Positions 1-11,837 of a DNA stretch of 64,000 bases are shown piece by piece. The stretch's first letter is position 1. Every line of letters starts with the position of its first letter. The translations under genes and the position numbers were made by a program. Below the pieces are notes generated by a model. That model was not told the DNA's origin. It saw only the letters and a program-made list of their open reading frames with translations, and searched no databases. The DNA lies in the NCBI GenBank assembly GCA_965603825.1, contig CBFDEM010000036.1, positions 682,001-746,000 of the forward strand. Direction: 5' to 3'. The DNA comes from Blepharisma stoltei ATCC 30299 (taxonomy: Eukaryota > Protista > Ciliophora).

Positions 1-718
1 TTTTTCCCTCTACTTTTTTATCACTAAACAACCCAAAGCATTTAGCGAAATATAAAAAACTGCCTGAGTCAATAATATCAATACTTTCCCCAATATAATC
101 AAATGTGGCTGATCTCCCAACCATAAGATGCTGCTTTGAATAAAAGTCAAAAAGATCTTGGATTCCTTTTGCCTCCTGAGGACTAATTTCTTTACGGAAG
201 CTAAAAGAAATATTGTCATTTGGGTTTCCTTTTATTGTTTCTCTACGCTTATTTAAGATTTCTAAAATATTTTTAATTGTTGCAGCTTCTTCAGGCTCTT
301 TGAATTGATGAGATAGTTTTTTGAACTCTTTTATTGACTTTAAGATGGTTTCAGCGAAAACTCGCTGGATTTGGATAGATTTGTAGGATTTTAGGCTGTT
401 AGAAACTGCTAAAACGGCAAAGAGGTTTAGGAATTCTTGGTAGGTTTGGTATTGACTTTCTGGGTGCTGGGCATGGATTAGATTAATAAATGAATTCAAA
501 AGTGAAGGAAAATCTCCAGAAAAAAGTTCTAAGGCGTCAATGGTTTGCTGGAGTATCTGTTCAGCGTTATCTATTAAATTAACTTGATCTTCGTGGCTTT
601 GAAAAGATTTGTATATTTTAAACAGTTCTGAATTGTGCTCTTGCATATGAAGAACTAATGGACTTTGTTTTTCAGGTTCTTTTGGTTTTTGCTTTAACTT
701 CTTCTTTGTTTTTCCCAT
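1..718 (-). CDS. hypothetical protein, 3' end outside the window
   Basis: ATG at 718-716 opens a frame (MGKTKKKLKQKPKEPEKQSPLVLHMQ...) that runs off the window without TAA/TAG. Confidence 0.7.
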   Translation of the reverse strand, partial: MGKTKKKLKQKPKEPEKQSPLVLHMQEHNSELFKIYKSFQSHEDQVNLIDNAEQILQQTIDALELFSGDFPSLLNSFINLIHAQHPESQYQTYQEFLNLFAVLAVSNSLKSYKSIQIQRVFAETILKSIKEFKKLSHQFKEPEEAATIKNILEILNKRRETIKGNPNDNISFSFRKEISPQEAKGIQDLFDFYSKQHLMVGRSATFDYIGESIDIIDSGSFLYFAKCFGLFSDKKVEGK

Positions 719-902
719 ATTAAATTTGATAAATTTATTAGGAAAAGCTCATATATTTTAGACATATGAAGAAATATTTTTGATAGCATGCAAAAGTAGC
801 TTCATTATTAAAGAAAATTAATAAATATTTATAATTTTCCCTCTTATTTATCAATGCATATTATATTTATTTACTTTCTTCTTTTGAAGTATCAGAAATG
901 TT

Positions 903-2378
903 CTAAATAATTCTTACCAAAGTCATAAGCTTCGAGATTTTCGCGATTACTTCTGAAGCAATACTGGAGCTCTCAGTTTCATATAGTTTGGTTTTCCTAT
1001 CATTACCTTCTGTGTACTCGATATAAAAGCAGCTCAGGTTTTTCTCATCTTGCGCCACTTTATGTATGTTTGCAATGGGAATTTCTGGGTGATGTGTAAC
1101 TTGCCTAAACAGCCCGACAAGCTTATTTCTCATAACCGATTTTTCAGCGTTAGTAGCAGCTTTTTGTTTCAAGTTTTTCTTTGCTTCAGATTGTGTCATG
1201 TTGTATAGTCTAAGCTGGTCAATTCCGAGGACTCGAATTTGTCGCTTTCCTCTCTTATTGGTTTTTATGACTGCGTACTCGTGGTAAGCGCAAGCTTGAG
1301 CTTTTGACATAAAATTCATTTCAGGGTCAAATTTCGATTCTTCTTTCAAGCTAGGTGTCATTCTTCTTGCTGTTTGTCTATGCTCATGTGTTGGAGAGTC
1401 CGCAAAACTCTTTTTCCTTAATTTTAGCTCTGTCGTCCCTATTGTCTTGATTTGTAAATTTATATCCACAATGCAATCTTCTTGCTGAAGGGCTTCTTCT
1501 AAGTTCACCCAAATTTTAAACTGATAATCATCAGGGTTCAGATAGCCTGATCCTGGAGTTTTTTCTTGTACCACCTTTAATGCATCTTTTAATGTACTTT
1601 CTGGGTTAGTCAGAATCTTTATAACTTGTCCATCAAAGTCAATTTTCAAATTTATCCCATCGCCTTCTTCAACCGCTTCAGGCTCTTTTACCTCAACTTT
1701 TTTATCCACTACTAAATAGTTTTCTATTGCACAAAACGCTAGTGTCTCTACCCCTAAATCCCTTATTTTTTTCTTTCTATCAATCAGTAAATCAAATTCT
1801 GGCAAATTTGTGTCATCATCCACCATATACAATTCATACGCTTCAGGTACATTTCCATTGGGTAATGGAAACTCGATTTGTTTTCCACATCGGCTGTAGA
1901 GTGAAATAATTTTTGCAATTAATTGTTCACCAGTGGCATTTTTAGGCAAAGTTACTCAGAGATTAGTCTTTGTTGAAAACAAGAAAATATTCATTTGAGT
2001 CGTATCCGGACTTAGCACGTCTTCTCTTCCTAGGTCAGTCCGCATAAGAGATTTTGTCAAACTTGACTGCTTCCTCGAGCCAGCTAATGATTCAGTTTTA
2101 TATGAATAATCTGGCTCAATTTCAATTGGTGAGTCGGCATTAGTAATTGTAGGCGATTGCGGGTGGGTTTTTCGGTCGTTATCTTTCGCTTGTTTTGTAT
2201 TTGTCGGATTTGGATCAGTTGGTGGTGTATTTGGTGGTGAATAAAATAAATCATTTTCGATGCTTGAGTTGAATTCTCCGTTTTTGTCACTAGAGTCTTT
2301 GCGGGCTGTGTCGATGCGTAGAGGGTTTTTTGATAATTTGAGCATTCTGTTAAGTTCGTAAGCTTCTGAGAACTCCAT
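903..2378 (-). CDS. SIN1/Avo1/MAPKAP1-like TORC2 subunit (CRIM, Ras-binding-like and PH domains), 491 aa
   Basis: ORFs 1956..2378 and 903..1949 join in frame through TGA=Trp (TNL-W-VTLPKN). CRIM-like YELYMVDDDTNLPEFDLLIDRKKKIRDLG; SIN1-type PH YHEYAVIKTNKRGKRQIRVLGID. Confidence 0.75.
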
Positions 2379-2709
2379 ATTATAGGTGAGTTTTTTACTT
2401 TTTAGATATTAAAATAAAATATATGAAACCATTTAATTGAGGAAGTAAAAATTCGAGGAATAAAGAAGTAGGAAGAATGTAGATTTTATAGGCAGTAAAT
2501 GATATTAAAATACTGAGATTAATTTTTAATAAAGGGTTTAAGTGAATTCTAAATTATTCCATTTTGCAGTGGTTTGAATTAATCCATATTATAATCTGTA
2601 TGGGTAGAAATGATGTGAATTCTGGCAAATTTATTAACAAAACTAAGCTAAAATAATTTATAGCCAAAATACTCTACTCTACTAATGTTTATCAGTATTA
2701 TTATCTTGT

Positions 2710-3144
2710 TTACACACAACAAGTGGTAGTATTTCTCCTAATTATTTCGGGCAATGAGTTTTCATTTGTTTCATCTTTCAACAAATTTATGCAGGCTTCT
2801 CGTCTTTCGTTGAAAGTGCATAAAGATTTAAGCGAGTTTGTTTCTTTTAAAACACTGATTCCATACTGCGCATATATGTATGGTAAATATGCTTCATTTG
2901 CAATTGGTGAATTAACTCTTGTAAAAGGTTTTTCAGTTTGGCAGATTGGCATGGTTTTGGATGTCCTTAGCGGATTTCTTATCGTTAGAAGTTTTCTGTT
3001 AGAAAGTTGGGGCAGACTTAATGCTGCAGTTTTCCTTCGGGTTATTTTGGTATTTCTAGGGGTTTTATTTATATCTGATATTATGGCTGGGATATTCAAA
3101 ATAAAGGACTTTTTAACTGTTGTTGATCTATATCCAGATTCCAT
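2710..3144 (-). CDS. small basic protein, tandem paralogue A (YLPYIYAQ motif)
   Basis: 144-aa ORF that aligns end to end with 3660..4100 (MES start, LP.lS, YLPYIYAQ.GIS, ER...CIN.LK, IR..TT). Confidence 0.75.
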   Translation of the reverse strand: MESGYRSTTVKKSFILNIPAIISDINKTPRNTKITRRKTAALSLPQLSNRKLLTIRNPLRTSKTMPICQTEKPFTRVNSPIANEAYLPYIYAQYGISVLKETNSLKSLCTFNERREACINLLKDETNENSLPEIIRRNTTTCCV

Positions 3145-3659
3145 GATATTTGTTAAAATTTATGATTTTCTAATGGAAATTATAAAATTTGCCTCATTTT
3201 TTGACCAGTTCAAAAATATGATCTTTTTCAATAATAAATAGAAGGGAATAATTTTTTTTTTAAGTGAAAACTTGATATAAAGGATTTTATGTTAAATTTA
3301 TAAAAATGAAAGATAAATTAATTATTTAGAATAAAATTTCATACTTGATTTTACAATTTGATGACTGTTTTTTAGTTTTGAGGTATAATAAGCATTTAGA
3401 AATGGTTGAAAAGTTATCATTTTGGAAGTCAAGAATATTTAAATTAGCAAATTTCTTATGAATTTAATTTCGAATTTTATACTTGGCTTGTCGTTTTAAT
3501 TGAGACATAATAGAAATCTTTAATTCTTATAAAAAATCATATTCTAAATGATTGACATCATTTATAAACCATTTTCATCAGAATCAAAAAAAAACCCTAA
3601 ATAAAATCGAATTTAGTAAAATTTCAAATTAGCTTTAAAATTTCAGAACTTCATTTTCT

Positions 3660-4100
3660 TTACGTTTTTATTATTGTAGTTTTATGCCTAATGTACGTTG
3701 AATGAGAACTTCGAGTGCCTTCCATTTTCAGTATATTTATGCACGAGCTTTTTCTTTCTAAAAATAGTCTTTCATAGTTATTGATAATTTCAGGCTGAAA
3801 TGCACTTATTCCGCACTGTGCGTAAATATATGGCAGATAAACTTCTTTTGGCTGTGTGGAATTTGAAGAGGTTCTTGATAGAGTTTTTTCTCCCAATTCA
3901 TCACTAGGAAACGACCTTTGTTTGTGATATCTATCAATATTCGTGCTACTTTTTTTCTTTGAAATTTCTGGAAGGTGAAAATCACTTTTGTAACTATTTG
4001 GAGTTGTTTTATTAATTTTTTTCTTATGAGTAAGCATACTTGGAAACCCAAGAACAAAGGAATTTGTGATTGAATTTGTGTTAATTCTTGATTCCATCAT
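3660..4100 (-). CDS. small basic protein, tandem paralogue B
   Basis: 146-aa ORF, paralogous to 2710..3144. Confidence 0.75.
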   Translation of the reverse strand: MMESRINTNSITNSFVLGFPSMLTHKKKINKTTPNSYKSDFHLPEISKKKSSTNIDRYHKQRSFPSDELGEKTLSRTSSNSTQPKEVYLPYIYAQCGISAFQPEIINNYERLFLERKSSCINILKMEGTRSSHSTYIRHKTTIIKT

Positions 4101-4997
4101 GTAAAATTAATTATCTCATATTTGCTTTCATAAAACTCCATAAGTTCAACACTGATATTTTTGACCAGTCTGAAAAGGGACTGAGCTATTTTTCAAATAT
4201 GGGAATTCATATAGACCTTTTGATAAAGAAAATTTTATTCATAGACAATTATTATGTAACTGAGAAATCTTAGACAAATAGAAGAAGAGATCTCTACCTT
4301 TGATCTGGTTTAACTAAGATTGAAGAAAAATAAAGTTAAAAATTATATCTTATTAGATAATTGGCATACAAAATGAAATTTAATACAAGAGACACTTCTA
4401 CCATCTAGATTATACTTACTATAAATTAGGAGTTGCAGACTAAAAGAATGATTCTTTAAAAAGGGTATAGGGTTGAAGAAATTATCATACCATTGAATGG
4501 GCTTGATGCAGAAAATTTAATCTTCCGTCTATTTAAACTGATTATTAACTTTTAATAGTCATTCAAATATACTATATTTTTCAACTTAGTTCACTCTGGT
4601 CTTAATTTTTGATGAGAAAAATTTTATATTGCTAATAACTGTAGAATATTACAAAATTAATGAAGGCTCCTAAGCGAGAAATTGATAATTGTGACCAATT
4701 TTACATTTTATTAATGGTTAATTTCATTAAGAGCAATAATAAAAATTATACATCTATTCTATCAAAATTATAAGAAGTTGCTATTTTTATTATGATTCAT
4801 GGCAATTAGCTATCTAAATAAAGACTAATTTACTATTTTAATCTATTTTGATAATTTGCTAAAATTTACCTCTAGGCTATTTTTACATATTTATAATTAC
4901 AAGAAAAATATTCATTCATTATTTTGAATAACAGATGTTTCCAAAAATTATATTTTATCGCATTTTAAGAACTCCCATTTACTAATAAATAAAGCTA

Positions 4998-6209
4998 CTA
5001 ATTAAGGTTGGACTCAAACTCATCTATCCGATAGCTATACGAGTTTTCAATTTCACTTACCATTTCTCTATCTTCTTCAGAAGAAACAAAAGAAAAGATT
5101 GTATCACACTTTAGAAAGCCATTTCTTCTTATTCTTTTGATATATTTTTCATGCTTTTTTGGCATATCGAAATTATAAACTTCAATAGGATCTAATGTAT
5201 CAATTTGCCTAATTATATATCTTTTTGATGCACAAATGCATATTAAAAATCCTTTATTTTTGAACTCTTGAAGGAGCTGCACCAAATTTTTATTTTCCAT
5301 GCTATGGATCAATATAAAAGTGCTCCATTTTTCCTCAAGCTCACTTTGCAAATCCATCATTGTCTCATCACTTCTACAATAAATAACCTTCTGCACTCTT
5401 GGGCTTCTATTTAGTAAAGTCTTTAATTTTTGAAGCTTTTCGTCAGGATTCCTATAACTAACCTTATAATGAATCATTCCTTCTGGCACAGGAACTGTAA
5501 AAGCAGTGTTCAATATAATAGGATCCCTTGTTTGGCGGCAAATTTTTTCTATAAAATCTTGATCTCTATAGCAAGAAATCCACCAAGTTCTGACATTTTC
5601 ATGGAGCCTTTTTAGGACTTCTATAGGTGTTGGACCTTCATCATATTGACTTTTCCTTTGAGATTCTTGATAAGAATTATTTCTTTGTAAACCACCTCCA
5701 GCGTCTATTACGACGATTTCGACCATATTGAAGTAATCACGCCTTTTGTTGACCATGCTCAAAATTCTTCCGGTTGTCCCAACAATAATTTGTGCAGTTT
5801 TTGCTGTATTTAAGTCTACCGCAAAATTGGATTCTCCTGTAGTTTGCAATATAGAAGGAGTAAAGTGCTTTCCTCATTTTTGTAGAGTTCTGTACATTTC
5901 ACTAACTAAATACTTTCTTGACTCAAGAATCAACACTTGCGGAAGTCTACGGCGAGAGTCAAAGAGCTGAAATATAGCTAAAGCTAGAAGAGAGCCTTTC
6001 CCAGTTGCAGGAGGAGAAAATAAAATAATTCTGCGCTCTTCAAGAAATGTACGCAAGCAATGCTTGTGAAGCGGAAGAGGACGCTCTCTTATTTCTTCCT
6101 CATCTAAAACCTCTAAAAGAGGCTCTCTTAATGGGATATCTTCATAAGCTTCTATTGGGGAGATTTCTCTGTTGGATTCTAGTGTGAAAAAATTATCAGA
6201 ATCAGCCAT
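4998..6209 (-). CDS. degenerate DEAD-box (eIF4A-like) helicase-fold protein, 403 aa
   Basis: ORFs joined by TGA at 5874-5876, where the paralogue has TGG. Motif I SPPATGK, Ib VGTTGR, motif II DAGG, motif VI KYIKRIRRNG. Confidence 0.8.
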
Positions 6210-6493
6210 CGTAAATCTTATTAAGAAATAGCTAGATCTATAATGTTGCTCCTATAAAAATAAAGTTATCTTGCAAAAAAATATAATGTGTTGTTATCTT
6301 TCGTAAATAAATTTTATTCGAGAGAGTGATTTTTGACATTAAAAAGAATTTGTTTAGCGCAGTAGAGATTATTTAGAATCTTTATTAAACTTATTTTAAA
6401 TTTATTATCAATCATCTTTCAAGTTCGTATTATTTTTATAGCTAAAAATCGCATCTCTTTAATAAACTTTATAATCTTCCTAACAGTTATTAA

Positions 6494-8674
6494 ATGGCAA
6501 CCCTTTCAGACAATTACCAATTCGCCTCAGAGCCTCGCACAATACAAGCTCCTAAATCAAAATACCGAGAGCCTGAGCCTCTTCCGCCCCCAGCAAATAT
6601 CATGTATGACCGCCGCATTGTTCGTGGAAATACCTATGCAGCCATGATAATCCCCGCATCAACCCAACAAGAAATCGAGCGTCAACAAGAAATGGAACGA
6701 AATCGACGTCGCAGAGAAAAAGAAAGAAAGCAGGAGCTTGAAGAACAGGAAAGAGAAGAATCCCAAAAAGTTGAAGAAGACATAATAGAAACTGAGCAAA
6801 AACCTATCGAGGTTGAAGAAAATTTATTGGAATCCTTAGAAACTCCACCTAATGCAAACAATGCTACACAATTTGAATTTTTCGTCGATCGCCCTCCTAC
6901 TCCTTTGTTTATCGAAAACAAGAAAGGAATAAATAAAAAAACCCAAATAGAAGACGGCGAACTGTTTGAATTCGACACTGAGGTAGAGCCAATCTTAGAA
7001 GTTATAGTAGCCAAATCATTAGAGCATGCTAGAATGGAAATTCTTGAAGAATTTGAAACTGATATTATGATAAAGCATAGAAGAGAATTCGAACAAATAA
7101 GAAATGCTGAGCTCTTAGAAATTCAAAGAGTTGAAGCTGAAGATATCAGAAGAGAAGAAGAATCAGCCCGTCGACAGCTTCAAATCAAAGTCAGACGTGA
7201 GCAAATGCAAACAGCCCATCAAAAATATATAGCAAGAATTGTAGCCAAACGCTATTTACGAACCTTAAATAGAGATGCAGAAACTGACCTTATGAATGTG
7301 GGAACTTTTAGCAACCCACAATCAGCAGCAATGCATGACCAATTTAGTCCTTGGCTTATAGAGAGAATAATCTCAATTTTAAACAAAAAATCAGGAACTG
7401 AAGAGTTTTTGGATAATATTTTAATGCAAGCCAGCCGTGACCTGACGCATTCCCACTCACAAGCTGTGACCTCAGAATACGCAAGAAGAGAAAGATTAAG
7501 ACAAGAACAAATTAAACTTCAAAAAGAGACTGAAGAAAGAAAGAAAAAAAGAGCCGAACTTAGAGCTAAAAGAGCAGCAGAACAGAGAAGATTGGAATTT
7601 AAAAATAGAATTGAAGAAGAAGTGATTGCTCATGGAATTACTGAAGAAGGAATAACAAAGCATATACTGCATGATATTGATGGAAGATATGCGGAACATA
7701 TTATTGGGACTCCAGGAGGACAATTTGGGGAGTTATTGCTATTTTTTTCATCATTGGAAGAAGTGCTTGGAAAAGAGCTAACCCATGAAGAAATTACAGC
7801 GCTATTGCAAGACTATATTATGAATTGTATGAAAGCTCCAGCATTAGTATATCAAAATATCAAAGCTCAGCATTTTCAGGAGTATTTACAATTTGTTGAA
7901 AATTTAGAACACTCAATGGAAGAGCCATCACATGCTGAAGAAAATCATAAGGATGAATCTTTAGAAAACCCTTCACAAGATGCAGAAAATGCAGACCCTG
8001 AGAGCCCTTCAAAAGTTCCTCAGGAAGTTCAAAGTCCTTCTAAGATTATCCAAGAAGCCCCCGCAAAGCCTCAAGAGCCGCAAGGTCCTAAAGAAACTCA
8101 GCTTAAACTACTGGAAATCCTCACTTATGCTGACTTTGCAGTTCCTAGGACCTCTTTAAGCTTAATTTGGCAAGCTCCTCATGAGCATGGGATCAGAGAT
8201 TCCCTTTATGAAGCTCTTGTTGCTGCCTTTGTTTCTCTATATTTTTCAAAGGACAAAGAAGATGGGACAAACCCCATCAAAGAAAAGCTGAAAATTGAAC
8301 CTTTAAATTGGCTTGATGAAGGCCATGAAACTGCTGTGGTCAGAATCAGAATTCCACTAAAGCATGAAGAATCAATAGAAGCTGAAGAAAAATCGTCTGA
8401 TGCCCATGGACCTCATGAAATTGATATAATTGAAGACAGGATTTTACTAATTCAGCCTCATAATGAAGATTTATCACTATTTGTTGTACATCAAGCTGCA
8501 CAAAGATTCTTCAGAAATGAGCTATTGGCGTGAATCAAGAATGTGAAAGCGTATGATGGGCTTGATTTGGAAAGATTGAGAACAACACTAGATGCAAATG
8601 CCCAGATTAATGAAGAGAAACTCCTTGATGTGATGGCTCATGATTTGCCAGTCTTTGATTTTGAAATAAACTAA
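6494..8674 (+). CDS. RSPH3: radial spoke protein 3 with long C-terminal extension, 726 aa
   Basis: PANIMYDRRIVRGNTYA, DRPPTPLF, TQIEDGELFEFD.EVEPILEVIV; TGA 8531-8533 read as Trp, TAA at 8672-8674. Confidence 0.9.
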
Positions 8675-8941
8675 TCGATTTATTCTTTTATAATAAAGAG
8701 TTATGATTTTAAGTTTTGCAAGTTTTTATGTTTATTTATTAAGATAATTTAGAGATCTTCTTATAAGTGAATAAACAATCAAATTATTTTATTATTGCAT
8801 TACTTTTCAAACCTATTAAAATTTGTTTTTATTTCTGATAGCGCTTTTTACGTCATTTCCCATACATTTTACTAATAATTGTAATTAATATTAAAATTAT
8901 CCATACAATATCCAATAATCTAAATTATTATTTAGTAAAAT

Positions 8942-10270
8942 ATGATCTTCTCAAGAGCAAATTTCAGGCGAATTTCAACTCTCAAGCAGATAATGGAAGC
9001 CAAAATTGCCGAAAGCCGTCAACGTCTTACGAAACTGAAAAAGGACCACGGAAACGTCCCAATAGACCAAGTAACAATTGATCAAGTTGTTCGTGGGATG
9101 CGTGGGATGAAAGCTTTGTTAACAGAAACATCCAGACTTGACCCATTTAAAGGTATCACATTCCGAGGGTTGTCAATCCCTGAATGCCAGCAGCGTTTGC
9201 ATGGGAAATACCGAGAACCAATGCCAGAGTCCATGTATTGGCTTTTATTGACTGGTGAAGTCCCAACCTTTGACCAAGTCGAAGAACTTAGAGGTGAGCT
9301 CGCTAAAAGGTCTCAAATCCCAGCCCATACCTTGGACCTGCTTAATTCTTTGCCAAAACATATGCACCCTATGACCCAATTATCAATGGGAGTCTTGTCC
9401 TTAGGAGCCGAGAGTGAATTTATGAAAGCATATGATGCAGGTGTCAAGAAAAGCGAATATTGGATTTCAACACTAGAAGACTCTTTAAGCTTAGTCGCAA
9501 AACTGCCTGGTATGGCTGCAATTATATACAACAACGTGTACAAGGATGGGAAAACTTGTGACCCAAGTATCAAATATGATTTAAGTGAAAATTTTGGAAG
9601 AATGCTGGGATTTAGCGATAATAACTTTTTTGAGCTGATGAGGTTGTATTTAACTATCCATTGTGACCACGAAGGAGGTAATGTAAGTTCCCATACAACT
9701 CACTTAGTAGGATCTGCTCTTTCAGATGTCTATAAAGCATATTCAGCAGGACTAAATGGCTTAGCAGGGCCTCTTCATGGACTTGCCAACCAAGAATGCT
9801 TGAAGTGGCTTTTAGAATTATGGAAAGTTGTAGGAGACAACGCAGAAGAAGATTCTATTGCAGTCTATGTCAAAGAAACCTTGAAAAACGGCAAAGTGGT
9901 TCCTGGCTATGGACATGCAGTTTTAAGAGTTACAGACCCTAGATTTTTAGTCCAAATGGAATTTGCGAAAAAATCAATTGATGACTGTCCCCTTTGTAAA
10001 ATTGTTGCATTGTGCTATAAAGTTATACCAAGAGTATTAAAAGAACATGGAAAAGCCCAAAATCCTTATCCAAATGTAGATGCTCATAGTGGAGCTTTGC
10101 TTTATTATTATGGACTGAGGGAGTTTGAATTTTATACAGTACTTTTTGGTGTTTCCAGAGCTTTAGGATGCACAGCGTCAACAATATGGGATAGAGCACT
10201 TATGCTGCCAATTGAAAGACCTGCAAGTATGACTATGGAAGGATTAGAAGAGTTTGCAGCTAAAGAATAA
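8942..10270 (+). CDS. CS: mitochondrial citrate synthase
   Basis: GMRGMK, DHEGGNVSSH, GLAGPLHGLANQE, VPGYGHAVLR.TDPR, PNVDAHSG; basic N-terminal transit-like peptide. Confidence 0.97.
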   Translation: MIFSRANFRRISTLKQIMEAKIAESRQRLTKLKKDHGNVPIDQVTIDQVVRGMRGMKALLTETSRLDPFKGITFRGLSIPECQQRLHGKYREPMPESMYWLLLTGEVPTFDQVEELRGELAKRSQIPAHTLDLLNSLPKHMHPMTQLSMGVLSLGAESEFMKAYDAGVKKSEYWISTLEDSLSLVAKLPGMAAIIYNNVYKDGKTCDPSIKYDLSENFGRMLGFSDNNFFELMRLYLTIHCDHEGGNVSSHTTHLVGSALSDVYKAYSAGLNGLAGPLHGLANQECLKWLLELWKVVGDNAEEDSIAVYVKETLKNGKVVPGYGHAVLRVTDPRFLVQMEFAKKSIDDCPLCKIVALCYKVIPRVLKEHGKAQNPYPNVDAHSGALLYYYGLREFEFYTVLFGVSRALGCTASTIWDRALMLPIERPASMTMEGLEEFAAKE

Positions 10271-10456
10271 TTTTAGTTTATTAAGAAAGTCTTTCTTGAA
10301 TTATTTTACATCATAAATGTTTGCTTTCTTAATTTTTGATTAAATTTTTTTCGTCTATTTATTGAATAGCCTTTCTTCAACGAATTTGAAAACTATAAAG
10401 TTGATAAAAATTTAAATAATTATAAAACTTAAAGCAAATAAATTCTCAAAAATTAA

Positions 10457-11668
10457 TTAATCGAGGCTGAGATTTTGCATTTCATAGCTGTACTTTCTTT
10501 CTATTTTAGCTAATTTATCTTTTTCCTCTTCATTAATTGGAAAATTAAATACTTTATCTCCTTGCTTGAAAAATCCATTTCTCCTGATTCTTCTTAAATA
10601 TTTTTTTTTGGATTTAGCTATATCATAATTATATATCTCTATAGGGTCTTTTGTATCTAATTGTCTCATTAAAAATCCTTTAGAAGGACAAATACCAATT
10701 AAATATTGCCTGTTTCTAAAAGATTCCAGCATTTCTTTTAACTGATTTTTATCCATTTGATTGCTAAATAATAAGATATCTCCATAACTATTTCCAATTT
10801 CAGTTTGCAGCTTCTCTAAATTTTCTTTTTTACAAAAAATAATTTTTTGTTTTTCTGGATCTCTACTTAAAAGATGCTTCAATTTTTGAAGTTTATCAAC
10901 TTCGTCAGTACAGTCAAGCTTATAATGAATTAATCCACCAGCTACTGCAACTTGAAATTTTGCTGATATTGTAAGTAAATTTCGAGGATTTTTAGTTACT
11001 CTTTTAATAAAACTCTCTTCATTAGTCGGATTTGAAATCCACCACTTTTTGACATTTTTGTTTAGTTTGTTAATTATCCCAAATACTGCATTTCCCTGGT
11101 CAACCCAGTCCTTCCTTTCTTCTGCATTTTTAGAAGAATTTGGCTGATGAATGCCTCCGCCTGCATCAATAACAATAAGTGAAACATGGCGGAAAAGAGA
11201 TTGGTTAAACTTCAAGAAATTATTCAATCTTCCAGAAGTACCAATTACAATTTGAGAGTTCTGTATTTTGGCTAAATCAGCATTTCTATCATTTTCACCT
11301 GTCGTTTGCACAATAGTTGGAGATAAATACTTGCCCCATTTTTCCAAGACGATAGCCATTTCATCAATTAAGTATTTCCTTGGCTCAACAATAATGACTT
11401 GAGGCTGATTTAGATTTATATCAATTAGTTGGAAAATTCCAAGGCACAGAAGGAGCGCTTTTCCTGTTGCTGGAGGAATAAATAACATCACTTGAGGCTC
11501 ATCAAGAAATGACTGTAAACATTGCTTGTGAAGTGGCAGTGGCTCCCGTATTCCTTCTTCCTCAAGGACCTGCATCAAAGGCTGCTTAAGAGGAATATCC
11601 GAATAAGAACTTATAAATGCAAGGTTTTTATTTGACTCCAAAATAAAATAATTTTCAGAATCAGCCAT
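10457..11668 (-). CDS. degenerate DEAD-box (eIF4A-like) helicase-fold protein, paralogue, 403 aa
   Basis: Colinear with 4998..6209; PPATGK, EPRKYL, GTSGR, IDAGG, KYLRRIRRNG. Confidence 0.8.
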   Translation of the reverse strand: MADSENYFILESNKNLAFISSYSDIPLKQPLMQVLEEEGIREPLPLHKQCLQSFLDEPQVMLFIPPATGKALLLCLGIFQLIDINLNQPQVIIVEPRKYLIDEMAIVLEKWGKYLSPTIVQTTGENDRNADLAKIQNSQIVIGTSGRLNNFLKFNQSLFRHVSLIVIDAGGGIHQPNSSKNAEERKDWVDQGNAVFGIINKLNKNVKKWWISNPTNEESFIKRVTKNPRNLLTISAKFQVAVAGGLIHYKLDCTDEVDKLQKLKHLLSRDPEKQKIIFCKKENLEKLQTEIGNSYGDILLFSNQMDKNQLKEMLESFRNRQYLIGICPSKGFLMRQLDTKDPIEIYNYDIAKSKKKYLRRIRRNGFFKQGDKVFNFPINEEEKDKLAKIERKYSYEMQNLSLD

Positions 11669-11837
11669 TCTATTTTTCTAAGCCATAATTTTTTGAGTTA
11701 ATTATCATCTATATATTTCTCGTAGTCATGCTAAATTTCAGTTAGATTTTATTAAAACAAATAATAAGCTGCGATTATTTTAAATAATTATAAGTAGGCC
11801 TAAATTTATAAATTTGCTATAAAATGTATACAGATTC

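Noticed and set aside
2723-3241. 172-aa plus-strand ORF
   Set aside because: Antisense shadow of the paralogue-supported minus-strand gene; non-ATG start.
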